From a virus, in IMG/VR virus record IMGVR_UViG_3300044729_002678, positions 64,001 to 128,000 of that record: a stretch of DNA of 64,000 nucleotides. The stretch is one strand, 5' to 3'. Shown here piece by piece: positions 1 to 10,208 of this stretch. Under the pieces are notes generated by a model. It did no database searches, was not told the DNA's origin, and saw only the letters and a program-made list of their open reading frames with translations. Numbering within the stretch: the stretch's first letter is position 1; each line of letters starts with the position of its first letter. Made by a program: the position numbers and the translations under genes.

Positions 1-838
1 CTGCAAACGAAGCTATACCATCTGCATCGGTTTCTATACCAATACTGAATGCGGCCTGTCCACTTGCTGTTGTATTGATACCAGCGGCATGTGAAGCAAC
101 GCCTGAAGCAAGTGTTCCAATACCCTCTGCAATAGATGTATTACCTTGTGCAAGAGAAGAACTTCCTATTGCAAATGAACCTTCACCGGTAGCAGTAGTA
201 GATTTACCAGCCGTAAACGAAGCGTTACCTTCCGCTGAAGAACCACTTCCTACTGCGAATGAACCTGTACCCGTAGCGCGGTTGTTTATACCACCTTTTA
301 CAGCCGTATCCGAATTAATAGTGATTCCCGTGGCAGTACTGAATCCATCTTGGAATTGAATTGAACCATCGGAATCATCTATAACTAAAGAAACAACAGC
401 TTCAGTTACAGTATAATCATAATATTCTTGAATAGATGAACTTAAATATCCAATTGAAAATTGGCGGGTTGATGCGCCTACAATAGAAGAACTATTAAAT
501 ATAAAAGAACTATTTGATTGAGTAACAATCGTAGTTGAAGTCCCAAAAGAAAATAAATTGGAAAAAAATAAATTATCAATTACATCATATGGTATATTTA
601 AGGAACTGGTTGCAAGATAAAATGGGCTACTTAAAGATGATGAATCCAACCAAGTCAAACTTGCACTTGAAATTGTTGTATAATTACTTAATGCGGGTGT
701 AAATGTTATACTTCCCGTAGATATGGCGGTAATTGTATGAATAGAACTTGTGGGAACAAAAAAGCTACCAGATTTTAGAAACTGATTATTTTTTGGTATT
801 ACTACTGCTACTTGTGAATTTGCTACTGGTATTGGCAT
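1..838 (-). CDS. Tail fibre/adhesin with YadA-like head repeats (partial; runs off the window edge)
   Basis: Not in the ORF track. Manual translation from ATG at 838 (MPIPVANSQVAVV...) stays open to position 2 and contains 14-aa repeats such as ATGTGSFAVGSGSS, ATGEGSFAIGSSSL and ASGVASHAAGINTT. Confidence 0.75.
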   Translation of the reverse strand, partial: MPIPVANSQVAVVIPKNNQFLKSGSFFVPTSSIHTITAISTGSITFTPALSNYTTISSASLTWLDSSSLSSPFYLATSSLNIPYDVIDNLFFSNLFSFGTSTTIVTQSNSSFIFNSSSIVGASTRQFSIGYLSSSIQEYYDYTVTEAVVSLVIDDSDGSIQFQDGFSTATGITINSDTAVKGGINNRATGTGSFAVGSGSSAEGNASFTAGKSTTATGEGSFAIGSSSLAQGNTSIAEGIGTLASGVASHAAGINTTASGQAAFSIGIETDADGIASFA

Positions 839-839
839 T

Positions 840-2324
840 TTATTTCAACTTTTTAATTTCTTCTTTTAGTTCTTTTATTTCATCTAAAAGATGTTTAATT
901 ACTGCTGCATGATATGGTATCATACTTACATAACTAACACCAAATTCATAACCTTCTTTTGATATGTTACCCTCTTCGTCTGTATGTTCTTTAATTAATG
1001 GGTTTTCTGCTATTGTAATTAAATGGTCAAATCCATTTTTCATAACATCTTGCGCAATAACCCCTACATCGTATTTACCAGTTATTGTATCTAAATTATC
1101 ACTACTTTCAGGTCTTTTCCAATTAAATGAAACAGGTTTTACATTTTCTATCAACCTTAATGCGGTTTCAATATCTATACCTTTAATATTTTCTTTTAAC
1201 CTAACATCCGATGTTGAGGATATTCCAGATGAACCAAGAGACCTAATTTCTTGCGCAGTAACAGCACCATCGGTAAATATACCCGTATTTATTACATTAT
1301 ATGGGTTAGATATTTGTTCAGGACTAATCATTACCCCCGACATAGAATTATCAGGATGTCTAATTGATGTGTAATAAGATGTATTTCCCGTTTTGGGTGG
1401 TGGGTGTCTCAATGTACCATAATTAGTAGTACCTGGAGTTGGATTATATACTTTTACAGCAATTGGTGGGGATGCGCCTCTAGATGATAGATTAAATAAA
1501 TCTTGAAACCCAATATACACAATTCCAGCTTTATTTTGGTCTCTTAACGCATCAGTATTATTTCTAAGATTTGCAGCGGTTTCGGTTGTTCTAGTAATTC
1601 TAACAGGCCCATAGAAATCGGAAATATTATTATTTGTTGGTTTTATTTCTACCAAATTTCTTAATGTGTTTGGAGTTCCATGTGGACCGAAAAAACCATT
1701 TCCAATTATTGTCGCAAACGCCAACGATGAACCAGTATTAAGAGTTCCCTTTACATGCTGACCATGACCCTCCGCAATTGTATAAGTTCCTTCTGCATGG
1801 GAATAATCACCATTTGCTTTTGTAGAAAATCCTTCAGCATGGGAATAATCACCATTTGCTAGTGTACTCAATCCTTCAGCATGGGAATAATCACCATTTG
1901 CTGTTGTAGAAATTCCTTCTGCATGGGAAGCCGTACCATTTGCATTAGTATATTGACCTTCTGCATGGGAATAATCACCATTCGCCGCATTTTGAAAACC
2001 ATTAGAAAGAGTGCCTAAAATTTGCAATGTTGCTGTTGGTAGTACTGCACCCGTTCCTATTCCGATTCTACTTCCACTTTCATAAATTGAAGAGGTTGTA
2101 ATAGTAGTGTTTCCACTCCAACGGGTTATATAATTTTGAGTTCCACTTCCACCAATAACACTACCACCGCTTACTAGCGATGATGCTGAAAAGTAGGTGA
2201 ATATGCCTGATTGTGAATTATAACCAACAATATTTGCTTGTGCGGTATTTGGTAAACCACTTGCGGTTATGTTTAATACGTGTATTGCACTACCTGATTG
2301 TAGTATCTTTTTCCATGATGGCAT
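840..2324 (-). CDS. Tail fibre with YadA-like repeats and C-terminal intramolecular chaperone (peptidase S74-like)
   Basis: ANGDYSHAEGxxT repeats; SDVRLKENI autocleavage motif followed by FNWK, GVIAQDV and a terminal coiled coil; N-terminal MPSWKKILQSGS. Confidence 0.85.
   Translation of the reverse strand: MPSWKKILQSGSAIHVLNITASGLPNTAQANIVGYNSQSGIFTYFSASSLVSGGSVIGGSGTQNYITRWSGNTTITTSSIYESGSRIGIGTGAVLPTATLQILGTLSNGFQNAANGDYSHAEGQYTNANGTASHAEGISTTANGDYSHAEGLSTLANGDYSHAEGFSTKANGDYSHAEGTYTIAEGHGQHVKGTLNTGSSLAFATIIGNGFFGPHGTPNTLRNLVEIKPTNNNISDFYGPVRITRTTETAANLRNNTDALRDQNKAGIVYIGFQDLFNLSSRGASPPIAVKVYNPTPGTTNYGTLRHPPPKTGNTSYYTSIRHPDNSMSGVMISPEQISNPYNVINTGIFTDGAVTAQEIRSLGSSGISSTSDVRLKENIKGIDIETALRLIENVKPVSFNWKRPESSDNLDTITGKYDVGVIAQDVMKNGFDHLITIAENPLIKEHTDEEGNISKEGYEFGVSYVSMIPYHAAVIKHLLDEIKELKEEIKKLK
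1790..1985 (-). repeat. 42-bp tandem coding repeats (ANGDYSHAEG units)
   Basis: gcatgggaataatcacca recurs at 42-bp multiples. Confidence 0.9.
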
Positions 2325-2430
2325 ACTTCACTCACTAATTTATAACACATTATGGTTGGATACACATACTAAGTGAGTAGTATATGGGCCCACTTCCTTA
2401 TTCAGGCCAATAATATGTTTTGGTTATACT
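2325..2430 (-). ncRNA. Candidate structured cis-regulatory 5' leader of the tail-fibre gene
   Basis: mRNA stems ACAUAUUAU/AUAAUGUGU, CCU-GAAUA-AGG and CAUAUACUA/UAGUAUGUG; loop CUCACU is complementary to AGUGAG 7-12 nt upstream of the AUG. Confidence 0.6.
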
Positions 2431-2436
2431 CTATTA

Positions 2437-2444
2437 TATAAGTA
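2437..2444 (-). promoter_or_regulatory. Putative late promoter variant TACTTATA
   Basis: One mismatch to the recurring TATTTATA motif; lies just upstream of the structured leader. Confidence 0.5.
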
Positions 2445-2477
2445 TGGAAAAATATTTTATTATTGTTTATTTCCCCA

Positions 2478-4280
2478 CTATGAGTATATCCAAATATCGC
2501 CATTATTTTGGATATGCATATTACCAAATCCAAAAGAAGCGCTACCAAAAGTTGGTGCATTTGAATCGGATGGGGCGGCTGATGATGCGGAAACCGTTAC
2601 CATAAAATCGGTTGGAGTTACATTCATTGAACCTGTTGGTACACCCAATGCTACACCCCATCTATTTGCTAAACCATTTGCTGCACCACTACCGCTATTG
2701 AATACGAAAGCAGAACCACTACCATTTGCTCCTTCAATAATTATACCACCTTCGGATGAGGGTGTTAAAGAACCTGAACTTCTTCCTAAAACGATAAACT
2801 TATCTTCTATTGATATGTTTGATGTGTTTATTACCGTTGTATCACCGTTTACAGTTAAATCACCAGTAACAGTTAAATTATTTCGAACAGTAGTTGTACC
2901 GGTTGTAGCACCTATGGCGACTGTAGTCGCTACCCCACCAATGTTTAGGGTAGTAGCGTTTGTATTAAATATAGTAGTAGTTCCAGTTGATGTTGTTGTT
3001 ATATCACCACCATTTACTGCTAAATCCCCACCAATGGAAATATTACCACTTGCGGTTATATGTGTAAATGAGGGGGAATCTGCAAAGTCAAATGTTAATG
3101 TATCGGGTGTAGTAGCAGCACTAATCGTTATGTTTACATCGGATGATGAAATGATTAAAGTATCTGCCGAAGAATCTGCTTGCGCTGTACCAGTCGAACC
3201 ACCCAAGCCACCAACATTAATAGTTGCAAACGAATTAATACCCGTTATACTACCCGATGGTAATGTTGCTACTTTAACGAGCTCACCACCAGAACCAACT
3301 AAAGCTATATTATAGCCTGCATTGTCCGTCACCAATGGCAATCCCGATGCGGTTAGGGTTGATGTGGCTAAATTGGTAAATGTTGGAGAGTCTTTAAATG
3401 AAAAGGTTATAGTATCAATACCAGCTGAACCTGATATTAACAAGTTATTGTTTGTGTTGGAAATCCCAGCAAATGAGCCTGATGCAATACTCAAATTACC
3501 TGTTGCAGTATCTGCTATAACGGCTACACCACCAACGCTCATTGTTGCATAAGCATTTGTTCCCGCCACACTTTGTATAGAAGCGCTTAAAGCCGCAATT
3601 GTTGCTGCAGCATAATCACCAATGTATAAGTATGCATCAACATGGGTTGGTATTGTTGAAGCGCCTGCTGCAAATTGTGTTGGGTCTTGTATCCACAAAA
3701 TACCCGCAGAACAATCAACTACCCAGTCGGATTGGTCTGTGGGTTCTATTAAAATACTTCCTGAATATAATCTAGGTGTATAATTCTCGCCAAAAGCAGG
3801 TGGAACAATTTGTAATCCAAATCCACTACCAGTTAAATGATAATTATTTACATATGGAGCAGTTCCTTTTTTGGGGTTGGATGAATTACTAACACTTTCA
3901 TAACTACCTGTTAATCTAAGTGCATAAGTGTGATTTGTAGATGATATATTAATTTCACCTTGTTGTTCAATTGTTGTTCCTACTAAATCAGCTGGTGCTG
4001 TATATGGATAGTTACCACTACCAACTGCAGTCAACTGAAATCTTACATATTCTAATACAGGCTTACCACCCAATGATTGGGAATAAAGTGTATAAATGGT
4101 TGGAGCGGTTGTTGGTATTTGTGAATTTATTGGTAATTGATCAGCAAATATACTCTGTCCCCCCAATTGAACAGTTGATGAAATGATTTCATTTGGGGTT
4201 GGATTTAGTGGGGTGGTATGTGCTTTACCATCCAATCGTTTACTAACAATATCTAATTTATTAAGCTGAGTTACTGCCAT
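2478..4280 (-). CDS. Virion structural/tail fibre protein
   Basis: 600 aa, G/S/T-rich; GDLTVNGDTT beta repeats; shares DNA blocks and C-terminal FGNxHI...IWxY with 6644-8665. Confidence 0.7.
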   Translation of the reverse strand: MAVTQLNKLDIVSKRLDGKAHTTPLNPTPNEIISSTVQLGGQSIFADQLPINSQIPTTAPTIYTLYSQSLGGKPVLEYVRFQLTAVGSGNYPYTAPADLVGTTIEQQGEINISSTNHTYALRLTGSYESVSNSSNPKKGTAPYVNNYHLTGSGFGLQIVPPAFGENYTPRLYSGSILIEPTDQSDWVVDCSAGILWIQDPTQFAAGASTIPTHVDAYLYIGDYAAATIAALSASIQSVAGTNAYATMSVGGVAVIADTATGNLSIASGSFAGISNTNNNLLISGSAGIDTITFSFKDSPTFTNLATSTLTASGLPLVTDNAGYNIALVGSGGELVKVATLPSGSITGINSFATINVGGLGGSTGTAQADSSADTLIISSSDVNITISAATTPDTLTFDFADSPSFTHITASGNISIGGDLAVNGGDITTTSTGTTTIFNTNATTLNIGGVATTVAIGATTGTTTVRNNLTVTGDLTVNGDTTVINTSNISIEDKFIVLGRSSGSLTPSSEGGIIIEGANGSGSAFVFNSGSGAANGLANRWGVALGVPTGSMNVTPTDFMVTVSASSAAPSDSNAPTFGSASFGFGNMHIQNNGDIWIYS

Positions 4281-4335
4281 TTTAATTCCTGTATTTTATT
4301 TATTTGACATATTTTATAGTACCACATTAATTTTT

Positions 4336-6345
4336 TTATGCTACTGTTATTTGTGTTATTCTCCCCGTCCAACCAGTTGTTGCGGTAATTCTAACTAACC
4401 AATTGGTATCCGAAGATGGTAGGCCAGGCCAGCTTTGATTTCTCATATTAATTGTTTTTGCTGTACCACTATTAATAGCAGCACCATCACCACAACCAAC
4501 ATTGTCATCAAATTGTGTATAAGATGTAGGAGCAGCCACTAACAAATCACGATATCCAGTACTCTCTGGTATTTTAATATGTATGTAGGCGTTTTGGCTT
4601 GCTAATGCGGTAGTATTAGCTACAAATCCTGAAGTCATACCAGTCCATGAAATTGTTATATTTTTTTGAGAATTACTACCATCAGATGCATTATGCAAAA
4701 ACCTTCTATACAAATATTTAGTTCCGCTCAATGCACTATAGTCTGGAACAGTACCTGCTTTATATACCGCGCCACTCATATTACCAACAACCGATGGATA
4801 AACTAACGCATTGTCAAAAAATGCCAATTCGCTTGTGAGTGTACCCAATGATGTGGTTGCATTATACACAGCAGTAGTTAAAGATGCTTGGGTATCATAG
4901 GAAGCGGATGGGACTCTGTGGCTTTCAGTTGTGAAATACTCAATTTTAGTAGTTGGTATCGATGTATTTGTATGTATGATAATTGTTGGTGTACTTATTG
5001 TTTGTGGTCCAGTTGTTTTTCCTTGAACACCAAGTGCTGTATAAGTTACTGATATTGGGTTGTTTAATGCCCTCGCATTCGTCCCAAATGTAAATGAAGA
5101 AGTTGCTTGTAAATTTGAATTGAAATTAGTAGGTGCGGGTGGTGTATATGATGTAACAGAACCCGATGTTCCTGTGGATGAAAATGTTATAGCGGTTGAA
5201 TTATAACTACAACTATAAAAACCAGGAACACTACCACTTGCAATAAAAGTAAGAGCAGTACGATACGGAATCCCCGAAATCCATTTAAGACCTGTTGGAT
5301 TAAATGAATGTGTTGAATTTGTTGGTGCTGAAAATGATGTACCTGCTTGTGCTGGATCAAAAACCCAATCTGCGTAATTTGTCATTTTCATAGAAGATGA
5401 TTGTATTACTTTTACATAATTCCATCCTCTTTGAAAAAATGATGATGTTATTGTTAAAGTACCGGTTCTATGCCTTCTATACACAAATGATAATCCCGTA
5501 TCTTTAAATGATCCGGTTTGTGCAGCAGATAAACTAAAATTATTAGCATCTGAAAAAGCGGATGTTCCTGTTGTAGTTACTTTAAATTGCTGATTGTTTA
5601 TTTCAACAATATAACTCTCACCACCATCCGCAGGAACACTAAAAGCATCCGCTGGATAGTTTGTAAACGAAGCCGAATCAGGAGTAGTACTTTCGTTTAT
5701 ATCAAATGTTAGGGAACGTGATGCTGTAAAAATACCGAGTCTATAATAAGTACTGCTTGGCGATGTTGTATTTGTAACAGCTATAAAAGATTCCCCATTG
5801 TTTACCGCAGTACTCATCGGAGCTACACTGCCAGTTCCACTTGAGCTGATGTACCCTGTCGCAACAACACCACTACCAAACGATAATCTTGTGTTTGAAG
5901 TTGTATTAGCGCTTGTTGCTAATCCTTCAAGATTTCTAACATCAGGTGCTGAAGATGGGGCTAATCCATTTAACACCTCATTAAACCTATCAATCGCAGT
6001 ACCAATTGGTGTTGTTTGTGCGGAAAAATCAGTAAAAAGACCATCGCTATAATCACTATCTTCAGCAGAACCAATTGTTATATTTCCACCAACTACAGTA
6101 TGATTTGAGGCGGTTGTGAGTGTGGTAATACCATTCCACACAGCTAGTTTGTTTGCTTCACCACCAGTACCAGCATATGTTACTGCATTTGCGGTTGCAA
6201 TTGATGATGTATCGAATTTAGTAATATTACCCGAGCCATCTATACCAAGTACTTGAGCTTGACCGGCCGTTGGTAAATTACTCGCGGTTATGTTAGTAAA
6301 ACTTCCGTCGCTACCTGATATTAATATTCGTTTCCATTCTGCCAT
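4336..6345 (-). CDS. Virion structural protein (WKR N-terminal module)
   Basis: 669 aa, S/T-rich; MAEWKRILISGS N-terminus shared with neighbouring fibre genes. Confidence 0.6.
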   Translation of the reverse strand: MAEWKRILISGSDGSFTNITASNLPTAGQAQVLGIDGSGNITKFDTSSIATANAVTYAGTGGEANKLAVWNGITTLTTASNHTVVGGNITIGSAEDSDYSDGLFTDFSAQTTPIGTAIDRFNEVLNGLAPSSAPDVRNLEGLATSANTTSNTRLSFGSGVVATGYISSSGTGSVAPMSTAVNNGESFIAVTNTTSPSSTYYRLGIFTASRSLTFDINESTTPDSASFTNYPADAFSVPADGGESYIVEINNQQFKVTTTGTSAFSDANNFSLSAAQTGSFKDTGLSFVYRRHRTGTLTITSSFFQRGWNYVKVIQSSSMKMTNYADWVFDPAQAGTSFSAPTNSTHSFNPTGLKWISGIPYRTALTFIASGSVPGFYSCSYNSTAITFSSTGTSGSVTSYTPPAPTNFNSNLQATSSFTFGTNARALNNPISVTYTALGVQGKTTGPQTISTPTIIIHTNTSIPTTKIEYFTTESHRVPSASYDTQASLTTAVYNATTSLGTLTSELAFFDNALVYPSVVGNMSGAVYKAGTVPDYSALSGTKYLYRRFLHNASDGSNSQKNITISWTGMTSGFVANTTALASQNAYIHIKIPESTGYRDLLVAAPTSYTQFDDNVGCGDGAAINSGTAKTINMRNQSWPGLPSSDTNWLVRITATTGWTGRITQITVA

Positions 6346-6379
6346 ATGTTCTCACAATTTATATGTTATAATTATATTT

Positions 6380-6625
6380 TTATTTATCTTTTTTTGTTTT
6401 TTTTCCGCTCAATACAATAAATTGAGATTGTAATTTTATAATTGTATTATAGACCAATTCAACATCAGAAACTTTAAATGTTGAATCCTTTATTGCGCTT
6501 AACAAAAAGGTAATCTCTTCCAACCCCAAATCATTTTCATTTGATGTTTGTTGTTTTGTTTCCACTACAACTTCTTCTTGTTGTGGTTGAACACTCTTTG
6601 TTCTTAATTTATCTAAAATTGACAT
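6380..6625 (-). CDS. Small hypothetical protein (possible fibre assembly factor)
   Basis: 81-aa ORF with AAGGAG SD, inside the fibre cluster. Confidence 0.6.
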   Translation of the reverse strand: MSILDKLRTKSVQPQQEEVVVETKQQTSNENDLGLEEITFLLSAIKDSTFKVSDVELVYNTIIKLQSQFIVLSGKKTKKDK

Positions 6626-6643
6626 TTTGTAACTCCTTTATTT

Positions 6644-8665
6644 TTAAATATACATCCAAATTGTATTATTAGATGTGTTGATATGAACATTTCCAAATCC
6701 AGCAGAAGCGCTTCCATATGTTGGTGCTCCAGCGGCCGTATTTAATGGGTTTGCAGTAGATGCGCTTACACTCACCAAATAATCCGTAGGTGTTACTGTA
6801 GTAGCGTTATGGACAACATTGTTGTTTAATCCCCAACGAGCGCTTCCATCTGCGGGTACATTTGTACCATTATAAAAAAGAGCTGAACCCGTTGATATAC
6901 CACTACTACCAGATGTAGTTTGAACTATAATACCACCATCAGTTGTAGTACCGGAGCCGGATGCTAATAATATAAACTTATCTTCTATTGATATATTTGT
7001 TGTGTTTATTATTGTTGTATCACCGTTTACAGTTAAATCACCAGTAACAGTTAAATTCCCACCAACAGTAGCATTAGTTGCAACAGCCAATGTTGTACCA
7101 ATAGTGGCTGCACCACTTGTTGTAAGCGTTTGGCCTATTAATCCTGCGGATGAACTAATATTGCCTGATGCGGTTATTTGTGTTGTAGTTAAATTACCGC
7201 CAATAGTTCCATTTCCGCTTGTGTTTAGTGTCGCACCTATTAATCCTGCGGATGAACTTATGTTACCACTAGCGGTTATGTTTGTAGTTGTTATAGCACC
7301 ATTAGCAGTTAATCTGCCTGTTATAGTGCTTGTTCCACCAATAGTTTCGTTGCCTGTAATACTTAAATTACCACTTCCGCTTATGTTACCACTTGCGGTT
7401 ATGTTTGTAAAACGCGGGGAATCGTTAAATGAGAAAGTTATAACATCATCTTGGCTGGCGGATATTAACAAGTTATTGTTTGTGTTGGCACTTCCCGCAA
7501 ATGAGCCTGAATTGATAGTTAAAATATCTGCTGAACTATCGGCTGTTACTGTAACCCCACCAATTGTTATATTTGAAAATGAATTGATACCTGCTACATT
7601 ACCCGATGGTAATGTTGCTACTTTAACAAATTCACCACTAGAACTAACTAAAAGGATATGCAATCCTGATAAACTTGCGCTTGTTATTTCTGGTGTTGCT
7701 GATGCGGTTATGGTTGTGGTTGTTAATGCACCATTAGCGCTTAGTCTACCACCAATAGTTGCAGTTCCGCTTGTTGTGAGTGTAGCGCCTATTAAACCTG
7801 CAGATGAACTTATGTTACCCGATGAAGTTATTTGATTTACTACTATTGATTTAATTTCTTTACTTGATGAACCAATAACAATAGCATTATCTGCAAATGG
7901 AATTAAATCGGAATTTAATAACCCATCACCCAATGCAAAAAGACCATATACATTTACAGAATCATTAGAATCCCCTCCAAGATTTACACTACCATTAAAA
8001 TTGGTTTGTGTTGTACTACCACCAATATTTACAGTAGTAGCCCCACCTCCTAAATCAAGTTGAGTTAGATTTCCATCAAATATGCGAGCATTTCCAGTAA
8101 ATGTAGTTGTTATATCACCACCATTTACTGCTAAATCCCCACCAACAGTAGCTCCACCACTTGTTGTAAGCGTTTGGCCTGTTAATCCTGCGGATGAACT
8201 AATATTGCCTGATGCGGTTATGTTTGTAGTTGTTATAGCACCATTAGCAGTTAATCTGCCTGTTAAGGTTGATGTTCCCGTAATACTTAAATTACCACTT
8301 CCGCTTATGTTACCACTTGCGGTTATGTTTGTAAATGAGGGGGAATCTGCAAAGTCAAATGTTAATGTATCAGTTCCAGAATTAGTAGTAATCGTTAGGT
8401 TTGCATCGGATGATGAAATGATTAAGTTATCTGATGCACCATCTGCAAACACTGTTCCAGTTGAACCACCCAAGCCACCAACACTCATTGTAACGAATGA
8501 AAGAACGGATTGCCCTGTTAATGTTGCTTGTGAAACCTGTCTAACTTCACCTGCAGTACTTATTAATAACACATTTTCAGTTGTACCTGTTGGAACCTGG
8601 CTTGCGGTTACGCTTGTTAGATGGGCATTACTACCTGATACTATTACTTTTTTCCATGATGCCAT
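6644..8665 (-). CDS. Tail fibre-like protein with ITASGNIS repeats
   Basis: Multiple ITASGNIS(S/G)S repeats; MASWKKVIVSGS N-terminus. Confidence 0.75.
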   Translation of the reverse strand: MASWKKVIVSGSNAHLTSVTASQVPTGTTENVLLISTAGEVRQVSQATLTGQSVLSFVTMSVGGLGGSTGTVFADGASDNLIISSSDANLTITTNSGTDTLTFDFADSPSFTNITASGNISGSGNLSITGTSTLTGRLTANGAITTTNITASGNISSSAGLTGQTLTTSGGATVGGDLAVNGGDITTTFTGNARIFDGNLTQLDLGGGATTVNIGGSTTQTNFNGSVNLGGDSNDSVNVYGLFALGDGLLNSDLIPFADNAIVIGSSSKEIKSIVVNQITSSGNISSSAGLIGATLTTSGTATIGGRLSANGALTTTTITASATPEITSASLSGLHILLVSSSGEFVKVATLPSGNVAGINSFSNITIGGVTVTADSSADILTINSGSFAGSANTNNNLLISASQDDVITFSFNDSPRFTNITASGNISGSGNLSITGNETIGGTSTITGRLTANGAITTTNITASGNISSSAGLIGATLNTSGNGTIGGNLTTTQITASGNISSSAGLIGQTLTTSGAATIGTTLAVATNATVGGNLTVTGDLTVNGDTTIINTTNISIEDKFILLASGSGTTTDGGIIVQTTSGSSGISTGSALFYNGTNVPADGSARWGLNNNVVHNATTVTPTDYLVSVSASTANPLNTAAGAPTYGSASAGFGNVHINTSNNTIWMYI

Positions 8666-8701
8666 AATTAGTTTTCCATTTTTACTTTATTAACCCTTAA
8701 A

Positions 8702-8709
8702 TATAAATA
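8702..8709 (-). promoter_or_regulatory. Putative late promoter TATTTATA
   Basis: Recurring intergenic motif upstream of structural genes. Confidence 0.65.
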
Positions 8710-8745
8710 GTTTATATTTTTTTATTCTATATTAATTTATTATTT

Positions 8746-9387
8746 TTATTCAACTCCCAAATAAAAATTTCCATCAGAACCATAATACATCCCACCAGTC
8801 ACAGCCGTTGGTGGTGTATCAAATTTACCCAATACCATTACACCCTCTGAATTTATTTGTGCTGCAACAAAACTGCCGGATTTAATAATAAAAAAATCAG
8901 GGGCTTCAGACGATATTTTGGTTTGAACTTCGTTTGATTGATTATATATTGTTACACTTGATGTAGTTAATCTGACATTTCCTAATTGTATGTATTCATC
9001 TCCACCAAAAACTTCCGTAATAACCCCAGTATCATCAACAAAACTTAAACTTCTACTTACATACACATCACTCCAAGCAGCATCAGGACTACCAACGGAA
9101 AAATCGGATGTTTTACCTGATTGAACATAGGGGATAAGTGAACCTGAATAATTTACTGAGCCTGAAAATGAACTTCTACCAATAATTAGGAGATTTCCCA
9201 ATAGATTTACATTACCATTTGTAGTGGTATTTGTAGTTACTACTTCTTCAACAGTTTCACCTAAACTACTTGATTTTTTTAAAAATAATTTACCATCAGC
9301 AGTATTGACTGCTAACTCACCTAACGCAATGGAGGCTGTTGTCGGTATGTTCCCCGATACTAAATTTCTTTTTAGTATGATTGCCAT
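8746..9387 (-). CDS. Tail fibre-associated protein with Mtd-N/hyaluronidase-N-like attachment domain
   Basis: IILKR...PTTASIALGELAVNTADGKLFLK N-terminal motif typical of fibre-anchoring domains. Confidence 0.65.
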   Translation of the reverse strand: MAIILKRNLVSGNIPTTASIALGELAVNTADGKLFLKKSSSLGETVEEVVTTNTTTNGNVNLLGNLLIIGRSSFSGSVNYSGSLIPYVQSGKTSDFSVGSPDAAWSDVYVSRSLSFVDDTGVITEVFGGDEYIQLGNVRLTTSSVTIYNQSNEVQTKISSEAPDFFIIKSGSFVAAQINSEGVMVLGKFDTPPTAVTGGMYYGSDGNFYLGVE

Positions 9388-9794
9388 TAGAAAAATCCCC
9401 CGTCAACATTTTCGGTAAATAAAGAATAACTTGCCGTACCAAATAAAGAACCAGTAAACGATGGTGCAATAATGTTATTAGTAACAACAAGTGAACCTGT
9501 TATAGTTGTGTTACCATCAACTTTAAATTCAGCAAGAACATCTAAATGCCCTACGGCATCTACTGTTTGAAATCTATCACCACCATCAACATTTTCAAAT
9601 ATTTGTAAACCAGTATCACCCCTATCACCTTTTGGTCCTTTGGATGTAACAGTTACTACATGAGTTTCTTTTTGTATTACATTTACGGATGTATCTTTAG
9701 TCTTATCAGTAACAATAACCCTGTTGTCAGATTTGTTTATTTCTACCGAATTTTGAGTTGATACAACTTTAACATTTAATCTATCATTACTCAC
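9387..9794 (-). CDS. Short fibre-like protein with collagen triplets
   Basis: GPKGDRGDTG; FTGSLFGTASYS; GTG start with GAGGT SD. Confidence 0.6.
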   Translation of the reverse strand: MSNDRLNVKVVSTQNSVEINKSDNRVIVTDKTKDTSVNVIQKETHVVTVTSKGPKGDRGDTGLQIFENVDGGDRFQTVDAVGHLDVLAEFKVDGNTTITGSLVVTNNIIAPSFTGSLFGTASYSLFTENVDGGFF

Positions 9795-10180
9795 CTAGTT
9801 ACCTCTTTCGAAAGCTTTACAAGTCCTTCCAATAATCTCGTAACTATACCACCATTACTCTGCAATTCTATATCATATACACCTTCGGCGAAGTTTAAAT
9901 TTGATGATGATGCAGCAGAAATAAACAAACCAATACTACCCGATGTTCTTGGTAGAACAACCGATGCTGATTCTGGGGTAAGGTTTAATCCTGTCCCATC
10001 ATTAGAAAGTGTATTAGTAATACTTAAATATGTTGTGGATGAATCAACCGAAGGTCTTATTTGCATTCTTGCACTGTATCCAGTTAAGTCAACAGGCTCA
10101 CCATTAGAATCTTTCCATTCTAATAATAAATCCGTTGTCGAACCCTGTTCTATGGTCAATAAATATCTTCCAGCTGCCAT
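9791..10180 (-). CDS. Tail fibre assembly/adaptor-like beta-sandwich protein
   Basis: IEQGST...PVDLTGYSARMQIR...GVYDIEL...RLLEG pattern common next to phage fibre genes; AGGAG SD. Confidence 0.6.
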   Translation of the reverse strand: MAAGRYLLTIEQGSTTDLLLEWKDSNGEPVDLTGYSARMQIRPSVDSSTTYLSITNTLSNDGTGLNLTPESASVVLPRTSGSIGLFISAASSSNLNFAEGVYDIELQSNGGIVTRLLEGLVKLSKEVTR

Positions 10181-10199
10181 TTTATACTCCTATTATTAA

Positions 10200-10207
10200 T
10201 ATAAATA
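10200..10207 (-). promoter_or_regulatory. Putative late promoter TATTTATA
   Basis: About 20 nt upstream of the ATG at 10180. Confidence 0.65.
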
Positions 10208-10208
10208 T

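Noticed and set aside
8702-8709. T4 late promoter TATAAATA driving + strand genes
   Set aside because: No credible + genes lie downstream; positions track minus-strand starts, so the functional reading is TATTTATA.
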